In this document: positions 50,597 to 59,708 of the stretch, piece by piece
Numbering within the stretch: position 1 is the stretch's first letter
How the letters are laid out: every line of letters begins with the position of its first letter
From: Desulfomonilia bacterium
GTDB taxonomy: Bacteria; Desulfobacterota; Desulfomonilia; UBA1062
Assembly: GCA_050014195.1 (NCBI GenBank)
Contig: JBEKDT010000004.1
Coordinates: forward strand, 1 to 64,000
Direction of reading: 5' to 3'
Length of the DNA: 64,000 nt
Program-made: the position numbers and the translations under genes
Notes under the pieces: generated by a model
What the model was told of the DNA's origin: nothing
Databases searched by the model: none
The model's input: only the letters and a program-made list of their open reading frames with translations

Positions 50597-50729
50597 GCAC
50601 AGGGCATACTACCGGCAAGCAAAATCCCATAATCTTCCCATAGTGTCTTCATATTTTCTCCACAATCGACTGGTAAATTTCACTAGTATTGATATCGAAG
50701 AGGATACTAGGAGGAATACAAGATCCATG
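50597..50729 (+). promoter_or_regulatory. Second copy of the BaeR-box promoter block
   Basis: Boxes at 50624, 50635, 50646 and 50657; the first ~68 nt are near-identical to 47721-47790. Confidence 0.7.
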
Positions 50730-52553
50730 CAGGACCAACTGATCAATCAAATGGCCTCTTTGGAGGCATTGGTCTTCAACAAAACGACGGGTAATCATCA
50801 AGAACTTCTTGAGGAGGCGCAAAAGATTTGCACCGATATTTTGCGCGAAAATCCTGAAGATCCCGACTTCATTTGCATGCGAGGCATTATCGACTTTCAT
50901 CTTGGACAGACTAAAGAGGCAGAGGCTTGGATGGAAAAAGCCTTGATCATTGCGCCTCAATCAACCGCGATCATCTATAACTATGCCATGATACTGATGG
51001 CCCAGGAGAAGTTTGCCGTCGCTTTACCTCTCATGATGCGAGTTGTCGCTCTTAAGCCGGATCATGCCAAAGCCTATTGGCATATCGGCAACGTTTTAAG
51101 AAAAACCGGTGATTTTGCGGGCGCTTTGGCGGCTTTCAACAAAGCGCAGGAAATCAACCCGCAAGATGTTGAGACCTTAAACGATACAGGAAATACGCTG
51201 GCTGAGGCTTTGAACGATAAGGGAACTATGCTGAAAGAAATAGGCCGTCTGCCCGAAGCGACCACTTGCTACGAAGAAGCCTTGAGCCTCAATCCGAACC
51301 ATCATGGGTTCATCAATAATCTCGGCGTCATCCATTTTCTGCAAAACAATCAGGACACCGCCGAGGCATTATATAAGGCGGCTCTCACAATTCACCCAGA
51401 GTATCCCGAAGCACACAGTAATCTGGGTGGGATCCTGCGATTTAAAGGTGATCTTGATGGGGCGATCCTTCATTGCCAAAAAGCCTTGGCCTTTCGTCCG
51501 GATTATCCGGATGCTCTCAACAACCTCGGCAACGCCTTTAAGGATGCCAGACGTTTTGAGGAAGCAATTGTGGCTTATAATGAGGCTTTGCGCCTTGTAC
51601 CCGACAATGCCGAGTTTCACATGAATCTGGCGTCGGCATTGTTGGCGTTGGGGCGCTTTGACGAAGGATGGCTCGGGTTTGAATGGCGCTGGAAATCGAA
51701 GCAACTTAGCCATACCTTCCGGGATTTTGCCCAGCCTAAGTGGCAAGGCGAGGCCGGCGAAGGGCGAACCCTTCTGATCCACGCCGAGCAGGGATTCGGA
51801 GACACCTTGCAATTCTGCCGCTATGCGCCTCTCGTCAAAGAGCGCGGGTTCCATGTAGTTATGGAGGTGCCGCCGCCGTTGAAGCGGATCATTCAATCTT
51901 TGGATGGCGTCGAAAAGGTTGTGACCACAGGCGATGTCCTTCCGCCTTTCGATTTTCACTGTCCAATGATGAACCTGCCCTTGGCATTTCATACGACTGT
52001 CGAGACGATACCGGCCAAGCTTCCCTATCTGAGCCCTGACCCAGCCGATTTGGCAAAATGGCGGGATCGAGTTGCGACCTTGGCGAACGACGCTTTAAAA
52101 GTCGGCCTCGTATGGGCGGGAAGATCACGCACCCACTCGCCCGATCTTATTGCGACGGAACAGAAAAGATCCATTGCGCAAGAGGTCCTGGCTCCTTTGA
52201 TGGTTGTGCCGAACGTGCAACTCTTCTCCCTGCAGAAAGAAGGAACGCGGGCCCCTGACGCTTTTCCTCTGATTGATTGGATGGCAGAATGCCACGATTT
52301 TGCCGATACGGCGGCACTCATCATGAATCTGGATCTTGTAATCAGCGTCGACACGGCCGTCGCTCATTTGGCTGGAGCCTTGGGCAAGCCGGTGTGGCTG
52401 TTGAACCGGTTCAACAGCTGCTGGCGCTGGCTCGCCGAACGCGACGACAGCCCTTGGTATCCCGGCACACTCCGTCTTTTTCACCAGAAAGAAATGGGTA
52501 ATTGGGATGAAGTCGTAATGCGTGTCCGCGCAGCCTTAGCGGAAAGGCATTGA
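50727..52553 (+). CDS. TPR-repeat protein with C-terminal glycosyltransferase (GT9-like) domain
   Basis: Multiple TPRs; EQGFGDTLQFCRY, KVGLVWAG, DFADTAA...LDLVISVDTAVAHLAGALGKP, WRW...DSPWYP; start at ATG 50727 (SD AGGAGG). Confidence 0.88.
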   Translation: MQDQLINQMASLEALVFNKTTGNHQELLEEAQKICTDILRENPEDPDFICMRGIIDFHLGQTKEAEAWMEKALIIAPQSTAIIYNYAMILMAQEKFAVALPLMMRVVALKPDHAKAYWHIGNVLRKTGDFAGALAAFNKAQEINPQDVETLNDTGNTLAEALNDKGTMLKEIGRLPEATTCYEEALSLNPNHHGFINNLGVIHFLQNNQDTAEALYKAALTIHPEYPEAHSNLGGILRFKGDLDGAILHCQKALAFRPDYPDALNNLGNAFKDARRFEEAIVAYNEALRLVPDNAEFHMNLASALLALGRFDEGWLGFEWRWKSKQLSHTFRDFAQPKWQGEAGEGRTLLIHAEQGFGDTLQFCRYAPLVKERGFHVVMEVPPPLKRIIQSLDGVEKVVTTGDVLPPFDFHCPMMNLPLAFHTTVETIPAKLPYLSPDPADLAKWRDRVATLANDALKVGLVWAGRSRTHSPDLIATEQKRSIAQEVLAPLMVVPNVQLFSLQKEGTRAPDAFPLIDWMAECHDFADTAALIMNLDLVISVDTAVAHLAGALGKPVWLLNRFNSCWRWLAERDDSPWYPGTLRLFHQKEMGNWDEVVMRVRAALAERH

Positions 52554-52732
52554 TCCGGGATCTCGGCTACCTGCTGGAGCTCCAGGCAATGCAGGCCAAA
52601 AGGCATGCAGGGAATCAGGAACTCGTGCTCTCCATCAACCTCGACTGGCCCATGCAGATCACGGAGACGGAGTTCTTCAGGCGGATAAAGGAAATGCCCA
52701 AGGGAAAGGTGTACGGATTTCTTTCCAGATAA
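52544..52732 (+). pseudogene. 3' remnant of a Fic gene
   Basis: Aligns with 56851-57039 (ALIRDxGYL ... LSINLDWPMQITETEFFRRIKEMPKGKVYGFLSR). Confidence 0.9.
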
Positions 52733-52962
52733 CTGAGGGGGGAATCGAGGATGGATTTTGGGGAACCCGACGATATAAAACCAGTATGGATGTCCCCAGA
52801 TTTCCATACCTGACCAGCTTATCACAAGAAAAGGGGACAAACCATTTTCGAGAATTAATTAATAGAAATGGTCTCTTACACCATTATTACCCATGTAGAC
52901 AACAAACGTGCTTCACTCGTCATCTAAATTATAAAACAATCGAAAATTACAGGGAGAGACAC

Positions 52963-53394
52963 ATGAAAAAACTATATCTGTTAACAATATTTCTGGCATT
53001 AGTGATTATCACCCCTATCCCTGCAATGGCAGGGGTAAGGGTGGGTGTAAACATCGGTCTTCCTCCTATAGTAATCGGAATCGGAGGAGGACCTCCGGAT
53101 CTGGTGGAAGTACCGGATACAGACCGAGTTTACGTCGCCCCTGATGTCAACGTCGATCTGTTCTTCTGGAACGGCTGGTGGTGGCGTCCCTATGAAGGTC
53201 GCTGGTATCGCTCCCATTATTACGATCGGGGCTGGGCCCATTACAACAGAGTCCCAAGGTTCTACAATCATGTGGACCAGGGCTGGAGAAACAATTACAG
53301 AGCCCATAGCTGGCACGGCCGCCAATGGAACTACCAACGCATCCCCAGCCGTCAGGTCCAGGGACAGGGACAACAGGGACGCGATAGACACTAA
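52963..53394 (+). CDS. Secreted Trp/Tyr/Arg-rich protein (YXWGXW-like), copy A
   Basis: Signal peptide ending AMA; GVRVGVNIGLPP; FFWNGWWWRPYEGRWYRS. Confidence 0.8.
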   Translation: MKKLYLLTIFLALVIITPIPAMAGVRVGVNIGLPPIVIGIGGGPPDLVEVPDTDRVYVAPDVNVDLFFWNGWWWRPYEGRWYRSHYYDRGWAHYNRVPRFYNHVDQGWRNNYRAHSWHGRQWNYQRIPSRQVQGQGQQGRDRH

Positions 53395-53523
53395 AGGAAG
53401 GATCGCATAAGGAGAAGAAGGGGTGATAATGAAAATAGGGGTCAGTGCGTAAATAGTCTCTGCCTCCTATTTCTAAGATCAGAAAATAAATCTGTCCCCT
53501 TTCCCCCCCCTTTTCCCCCAGGA

Positions 53524-54081
53524 TCAGTCCAGAACGCCTTCGTAGTTTGCGTCTGCCCAATCTGCGATCTGTACGACAAGCTTAGCTACTTCCATTGCAT
53601 CAATACCCGTTATGATAATGGCCCCTTCCCTGGCGAACCCACCTTCAGTATAGAAAATATTAGGGAGTATCCCCTCATTCATGCACCTTTTCAATATGGT
53701 GTCGAGGGTATCACCTTCTCGAATCTCAAGGTGTGCGATCGAGATACCATGGCCCTTGATCAGATCAACGAGCTTGGGATCATATTTTATTTCCATTGCC
53801 GCTCGAATCTCCGGTGTGATCTTCCTCACCTCCAGCAGGATCAGGGCCGTATATTTTGAAGCACCCCATGCCGGATATGCCGGGGCTGTGATCCTGCCGA
53901 ACACCGCTGTGAGTCTGCCCGGGATACCCGCTATGTCTTCCGGCGTCCTTGCATCCTTTGCAGCCATTACCAGGTTGCTCCGGATCTCGGGGAGGAGAGC
54001 GTATGTTTTGGGAGAGGCAGTTAACAACGCCACGGCTTCAACCATTTGTCCCATCACATAGTACCGATCATTATCCATCAT
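53524..54081 (-). CDS. Stand-alone ThiN-type (thiamine-phosphate synthase family) domain protein
   Basis: LLPEIRSNLVMA, DIAGIPGRL, PAWGASKYTA, IRAAMEIKY, PNIFYTEGGFAREG. Confidence 0.75.
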   Translation of the reverse strand: MMDNDRYYVMGQMVEAVALLTASPKTYALLPEIRSNLVMAAKDARTPEDIAGIPGRLTAVFGRITAPAYPAWGASKYTALILLEVRKITPEIRAAMEIKYDPKLVDLIKGHGISIAHLEIREGDTLDTILKRCMNEGILPNIFYTEGGFAREGAIIITGIDAMEVAKLVVQIADWADANYEGVLD

Positions 54082-54156
54082 GCGTCTTCCTGTCGTTTCT
54101 TAGCTATTCTTAGCTATAGGTTCATTTATGAGAGACCTTTGCATAACCCTATGTCC

Positions 54157-54182
54157 GTCATTGCGAGCGTAGCGAAGCAATC
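54157..54182. repeat. Half of a GTCATTGCGAG...GCAATC palindromic intergenic element
   Basis: GTCATTGCGAGCGTAGCGAAGCAATC; the inverted partner is not seen. Confidence 0.55.
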
Positions 54183-54277
54183 CCTGCATCTTGGCACAGG
54201 TCGGTACTTTCTCAGATGCCTGTTCAATCAGATGATCCCCCGCAGTTTGCTGTGCCGGGTTTCATTTCCCATCCATT

Positions 54278-55501
54278 TTACTGGTCCTGCTGGGTTCTGA
54301 TGAGAGGGGATTCCTTCATCAGGAAGGCCAGGAGGATGTTCGCAAAAGTCATGGCCACGAAAATGATCATGAAAGGTGTCATGGAGCCGGTCGCGGTGAT
54401 TCTGAGCTTATCCATGGCAAAGATGAAGATGATGCCCGAGATCTGGCCCGCGAGCAGGAGCATGCCCTGGGAAGAGGACTCAGGCGTGGGGTAGCTGATT
54501 TCAGCGCCGTACTGGAAACCGATGGGACCCGCGCTCATGATGAAGAAACCCATGACGAATCCCGAGACAAGGAGCATGGGGAAGCCGGTAGCGAAGGTGA
54601 GACCGATGAGTCCCGGGACAATGCCGATCATGGTAAGGATCAGGAGGGGTTTGCGTTTGCGGAGCTTGTCCGAGAGCAGGGGCAGGATGACTGCACCGAT
54701 GATGCCGCCGATCATCATGGCGCCCCCGATAAGGCCGGCCTGTTCAGAGTTGAAGCCGCGGGGGCTCAGGATCTGCTCAATCCAGGTGGTGACTGCATTG
54801 AACATGCCCAGGCCGAAGAAGAACAGGATAAGAAGCAGGATCATGTCCCTCTGTTTGAACAAGTGATTGATCCCTGCGAAGACGGTGACAGTGTCTTCAT
54901 CGTGATACTCCGAGGGCGACGTGGGCGGGCTGTCCTTGATGAAGACGAGGAATGCGATGGCTGCAACGACCGAGCTTATACCGTAGATCATGAGCATGCC
55001 TTTCATGGCGTAGGCCTTGAATATGAAGGGGGTTGCGGCCAGGGCGATGATGATGCCGACGTACTGGGACAGGGCGGCCAGACCTGTGGCCGTGGCACGC
55101 TCGTCGATGGGGAACCACTTGGCGCTGACCTTGGTCATGGCGTTCATGACGAACGGCTGGGCCACGGCGAGTCCGAGCTGGGAGATGAAGATGATGGTGT
55201 AGTTCGCGGCATAGATGCCCTTGAGGAGACCGAAAATGCCGGTCAGCACGGCACCGATACCAACACCGATCCTGAGGCCGTAGGTGTCGATCATGTAGGA
55301 GGCGGGGATGCACAGGAAGATATACATGATCATGAAGCTCATGGATAGCAGCCCGATCTGCATGGGGGTTACCCCGTAGAAAGCAGCCGCTTCCCCGGTT
55401 ATAGAGGCGAAGTTGACCCAGTGGACCTGCACTATGGCATTGATCAGGGCGAAAACGAAAAGTACCACCCAACGGTAACCGTACACCTTCATCTTCTCCA
55501 T
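54278..55501 (-). CDS. MFS transporter
   Basis: About 12 TM; YRWVVL, IDTYGLR, AKWFPIDERATATG, SDKLRKRKP. Confidence 0.9.
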   Translation of the reverse strand: MEKMKVYGYRWVVLFVFALINAIVQVHWVNFASITGEAAAFYGVTPMQIGLLSMSFMIMYIFLCIPASYMIDTYGLRIGVGIGAVLTGIFGLLKGIYAANYTIIFISQLGLAVAQPFVMNAMTKVSAKWFPIDERATATGLAALSQYVGIIIALAATPFIFKAYAMKGMLMIYGISSVVAAIAFLVFIKDSPPTSPSEYHDEDTVTVFAGINHLFKQRDMILLLILFFFGLGMFNAVTTWIEQILSPRGFNSEQAGLIGGAMMIGGIIGAVILPLLSDKLRKRKPLLILTMIGIVPGLIGLTFATGFPMLLVSGFVMGFFIMSAGPIGFQYGAEISYPTPESSSQGMLLLAGQISGIIFIFAMDKLRITATGSMTPFMIIFVAMTFANILLAFLMKESPLIRTQQDQ

Positions 55502-55811
55502 CCTGTTCTCCTTATCATAACATCAATCTATTCACTGTCCGTCAAATGGGGTCCGAGTCGATTTACGCAAAGATTATAACAGAAAATGGACTTTGACCCT
55601 ATTTCTTTAATAGTGCTAAAACATGCTGTCCCACGGGCAAGCCCTTTGGGCTTAGCCCGTGCCACCCAGGGAACTATATTATCTATCCTGGCCACCCGCA
55701 ACGATCGGGAAACGAGATGGAAATGAAACAAGAAACAGCCAGGGTTTATCGAAAGTTAATTTTATTACAACAAATTGAATTATCTCATCAAATTATGATT
55801 TTATTTACGAC

Positions 55812-55839
55812 TTGACTTGGAAATGAACCCGGCTATAAT
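55812..55839 (+). promoter_or_regulatory. Sigma70 promoter of fic; predicts a leaderless mRNA
   Basis: TTGACT-16 nt-TATAAT, then 6 nt to ATG 55846; no SD. Confidence 0.7.
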
Positions 55840-55845
55840 TCGGGC

Positions 55846-57039
55846 ATGATCATCAGATACCACATCCCCAAGGAGTGGATCCGTTACGATACCATGGCCA
55901 TCCTCGATGAGTTGATGGGGGCCAGGTCGGCCATGATGGCGCTTACCCAGATCCCCTACCAGCGGAGCTGGGCCGCGGAGCTGCAGAAGATTCAGCTCAA
56001 GCGCGAGGTGGCAGGCACATCCAGAATCGAGGGTGCGGAATTCACGGAAAAGGAGCTGGACGCAGCGATGAGGGAGACGCCCGAGCAGCTGGAAACACGC
56101 TCGCAGAGGCAGGCCGCAGCGGCCGTAGCGACCTACCGCTGGATCGCCGGGCTTCCCGGTGAGCGCGGCGTGGATGAAGCACTGATCTTCGAGGTGCACA
56201 AACGGATCGTCACCGGGTGTGACGACGACCATTGCGCACCGGGAAAGCTGCGGGGCCGTGATGAGAATGTGACATTCGGCACACCGAGACACCGCGGGGC
56301 AACGGGCGGCCAGGAATGCGTCAGGGCCTTCCGCAAGCTGGCCGAGGCTGCGCGCACGGGGTTTCAGGATCACGACCCGCTCATCCAGGCACTGGCATTG
56401 CATTATCATGTTGCGGCAATGCATCCCTTCCTGGACGGCAACGGTCGGACTGCCCGCGCGCTCGAAGCGCTCATGCTCCAGCGGACCGGCCTGCGCGATA
56501 CATTGTTCATCGCCATGTCCAACTACTACTACGAGAACAAGACCGCCTATCTGAACGCGCTGAACGAGACGCGGGCGAAAGACCACGACCTGACCCCGTT
56601 CCTGAAGTTCGCGCTCAAGGGCATTGAAAGTCAATGCCGCAAGCTGTTCGGCGAGATACGGCAGCAGGTCGCCAAGGCGCTCTACCGGAACACCATGAAC
56701 GATCTCTTCGGACGCCTGCAATCACCGCGCAAGCGGGTGATGTCCTCGCGCCATATTCAGATTCTCAATCTGTTGCTGGACGAAGAGGAGATCTCCCTCG
56801 ATGATATTATCGATAAGATTTGGCACTTATATATGGTCAAGAATCCCCGCAAGGCCTTGATCCGTGATATCGGCTACCTGGTGGAGCTCGAGGCGGTGCA
56901 CGCTATAAGGCCTGCGGAGGATCAGGGAGTCGTGCTCTCTATCAATCTCGACTGGCCCATGCAGATCACGGAGACGGAGTTCTTCAGGCGGATAAAGGAA
57001 ATGCCCAAGGGAAAGGTGTACGGATTCCTTTCCAGATAA
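55846..57039 (+). CDS. Fic family protein
   Basis: Canonical HPFLDGNGRTAR motif; N-terminal TSRIEG inhibitory-helix-like motif. Confidence 0.93.
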   Translation: MIIRYHIPKEWIRYDTMAILDELMGARSAMMALTQIPYQRSWAAELQKIQLKREVAGTSRIEGAEFTEKELDAAMRETPEQLETRSQRQAAAAVATYRWIAGLPGERGVDEALIFEVHKRIVTGCDDDHCAPGKLRGRDENVTFGTPRHRGATGGQECVRAFRKLAEAARTGFQDHDPLIQALALHYHVAAMHPFLDGNGRTARALEALMLQRTGLRDTLFIAMSNYYYENKTAYLNALNETRAKDHDLTPFLKFALKGIESQCRKLFGEIRQQVAKALYRNTMNDLFGRLQSPRKRVMSSRHIQILNLLLDEEEISLDDIIDKIWHLYMVKNPRKALIRDIGYLVELEAVHAIRPAEDQGVVLSINLDWPMQITETEFFRRIKEMPKGKVYGFLSR

Positions 57040-57263
57040 ATAAGGAGGGAAATGGGGACGGGTTTGGGGGGACCCGACGATATAAAACCAGTATGGATGT
57101 CCCCGGATTTCCCAGCCATACCTAACCAGCTTATCACAAGAAAAGTGGACAGGCCATTTATTAGAAATAATTAATGAAAATGGCTTAAACCAATGTAGAC
57201 AACAAACGTGCTTTACTCGTCATGAGATATTATGAAACAATCGAAAATAACAGGGAGGGTCAC

Positions 57264-57746
57264 ATGAAAAAACTACATCTGTTAACAATATTTCTGGCAT
57301 TAGTGATTATCACCCCTATCCCTGCAATGGCAGGGGTAAGGGTGGGTGTAAACATCGGTCTGCCTCCTATAGTAATCGGAATCGGAGGAGGACCTCCGGA
57401 TCTGGTGGAAGTACCGGATACAGACCAAGCCTACGTGGCCCCTGATGTCAACGTCGATCTGTTCTTCTGGAACGGCTGGTGGTGGCGTCCCTATGAAGGT
57501 CGCTGGTATCGCTCCCATTATTACGATCGGGGCTGGGCCCATTACAACAGAGTCCCAAGGTTCTACAATCATGTGGATCAGGGCTGGAGAAACAATTACA
57601 GAGCCCATAGCTGGCACGGCCGCCAATGGAACTACCAACGCATCCCCAGCCGCCAGGTCCAGGGACATGGACAACAGAGACAGGGACATGGTCAACAGGG
57701 ACATGGTCAACAAGGATATGAACAACAGGGACACAATAGAAACTAA
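57264..57746 (+). CDS. Secreted Trp/Tyr/Arg-rich protein (YXWGXW-like), copy B, with expanded QGHGQ tail
   Basis: Near-identical to 52963-53394 plus 15-nt tandem repeats at the 3' end. Confidence 0.82.
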   Translation: MKKLHLLTIFLALVIITPIPAMAGVRVGVNIGLPPIVIGIGGGPPDLVEVPDTDQAYVAPDVNVDLFFWNGWWWRPYEGRWYRSHYYDRGWAHYNRVPRFYNHVDQGWRNNYRAHSWHGRQWNYQRIPSRQVQGHGQQRQGHGQQGHGQQGYEQQGHNRN

Positions 57747-57914
57747 AGGAAAGATCGCATAAGGAGAAGAAGGGGTGATAATGGAAATAGGGGTCAGTGC
57801 ATAAATGGTCTCTGACCCTTTTTTTCTTAACTCCATATTGCGTGAAGGTTGGTACTTATGCTACCAGTTGTATTAGTAACACTATGAAATTAAATATTCT
57901 TATAGGAGTAGCGT

Positions 57915-59708
57915 ATGTATCAGCTAATCAAACCAGACAATGTGCCGGAAATACTTGATCAGTCTGTAAGAAAATTTTCACAAAGACCTTTTCTTGGGAC
58001 AAAAAACAAAAAATTAAAACAGTTCGACTGGATAACCTATGCCGACTTCGGGAAACGCGTGGACAATGTAAGAAGCGGTCTGAGCCAACTGGGCATTCAG
58101 AAAGACGATGCCGTGGGAATTATCTCGAACAACAGCACAGACTGGGCGGTGTGCTTTTTCGCCACGAGCGGTCTGGGCGCCCGGTTTGTTCCCATGTACG
58201 AAGCCGAACTGGCACAGGTCTGGAAATACATTATCAATGACGCCAAAATAAAAGTGCTTTTTATCACCAAGAAAGAGATATACGCCAAAATAAAAGATTC
58301 GCTCTCTTCAATACCGACATTGCAGAAAGTCATCATCATGGAAGGCGATGGGCCGGATACGCTCTCTGATCTGGAAAAGAAAGGCGCATCCCAGAAAGTA
58401 AAAGCTATCTATCCGGATCATTCGTCCATCTGCATCCTGATCTATACCTCGGGAACAACAGGCGACCCGAAAGGCGTGCTCCTTACCCAAGGCAACATCA
58501 CGAGCAACGCCCATGCCGTAACCGAATGTTTTCCTGAAATCAATGAGAATGACACGTCCCTGTCCATCCTGCCATGGGCGCACGTCTTCGGACTCGGAGA
58601 GCTTGTGGTCTACTGCCTCCTGGGCGGGTCGACAGGTCTTGCAGAAAACGCAAGCACCATCCCCGAAGACCTGGGTCTGGTCAAGCCGACGTTCATGGTC
58701 GCCGTGCCCAGGGTCTTCAACAAGGTATATGACGGTTTATGGACGAAGATGAACGAAGAAGGCGGTCTCGCCAGGAAGCTGTTTGTCATGGGGGTGGAGA
58801 GCGCCAAAAAAAAGCGGGAGCTCGCTGCGCAGGGCAAGTCGAGTTTCTCGACGAACCTGAAGTTCAAGATTGCCGACGCAATCGTGTTCAAGAAAATCAG
58901 GGGAAGGCTCGGCGGCAGATTAAAAGGCGTCATGACGGGAAGCGCTGCGATGAATCCGGATATTTCCCACTTCTTCTGGGACATGGGGATACCGCTGTAT
59001 GACGCATACGGACTGACCGAGACCTCGCCCGGGGCGACGATGAACAACGCCACAAAATATAAGATTGGCAGTGTCGGCCCTGTCATGGGCATGTGCAGGA
59101 TCGTGATCGACAAGTCTGTAGTCGGGTCAGAGGCTACGGACGGGGAGATCATCATTTACGGGCCCAATGTCATGCAGGGATATCACAACAAGCCCGAGGC
59201 CACACAGGCCGTCATGACCTCCGACGGGGGATTCAGAACAGGAGACCGCGGACGTCTTGACAAGGACGGCTTCCTGTTTATAACCGGAAGGATCAAAGAG
59301 CAGTTCAAGCTCGAAAACGGTAAATATGTATTCCCCGCAGCCATCGAAGAAGACATCAAGCTGAACCATTACATAGAAAACGCCATGATATACGGGGAAG
59401 GCCGTGAGTATAATGTTTGCCTGGTAATCCCGGACTTCATAGCACTGGACAAATGGGCTGAAAAGAATAAATTGTCCAAGGACCATGCCGAGCTGTTGAA
59501 TCGGGAAGAGACGAAAAAATTCCTGGAGAATGAAATAATCTCTACCTTGAAGACCAAGTATGGAAGCTATGAAATACCGAGAAAATTCTTATTCATCGAT
59601 CAGCCATTCTCCATCGAGAACGGCATGCTGACCCAGACCATGAAACTCAAGAGACGTGTGGTATTTGATAAATATATGGATCAGATCAATAAGCTCTATG
59701 TTAAATAG
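57915..59708 (+). CDS. fadD: Long-chain fatty acid-CoA ligase
   Basis: IYTSGTTGDPKGV, AYGLTET, FRTGDRG, ITGRIKE, LTQTMKLKR. Confidence 0.9.
   Translation: MYQLIKPDNVPEILDQSVRKFSQRPFLGTKNKKLKQFDWITYADFGKRVDNVRSGLSQLGIQKDDAVGIISNNSTDWAVCFFATSGLGARFVPMYEAELAQVWKYIINDAKIKVLFITKKEIYAKIKDSLSSIPTLQKVIIMEGDGPDTLSDLEKKGASQKVKAIYPDHSSICILIYTSGTTGDPKGVLLTQGNITSNAHAVTECFPEINENDTSLSILPWAHVFGLGELVVYCLLGGSTGLAENASTIPEDLGLVKPTFMVAVPRVFNKVYDGLWTKMNEEGGLARKLFVMGVESAKKKRELAAQGKSSFSTNLKFKIADAIVFKKIRGRLGGRLKGVMTGSAAMNPDISHFFWDMGIPLYDAYGLTETSPGATMNNATKYKIGSVGPVMGMCRIVIDKSVVGSEATDGEIIIYGPNVMQGYHNKPEATQAVMTSDGGFRTGDRGRLDKDGFLFITGRIKEQFKLENGKYVFPAAIEEDIKLNHYIENAMIYGEGREYNVCLVIPDFIALDKWAEKNKLSKDHAELLNREETKKFLENEIISTLKTKYGSYEIPRKFLFIDQPFSIENGMLTQTMKLKRRVVFDKYMDQINKLYVK

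Noticed and set aside
55801-56721. 306-aa minus-strand ORF and similar long antisense ORFs throughout the window
   Set aside because: They lie opposite well-supported genes in GC-rich, codon-biased DNA and show no family motifs.
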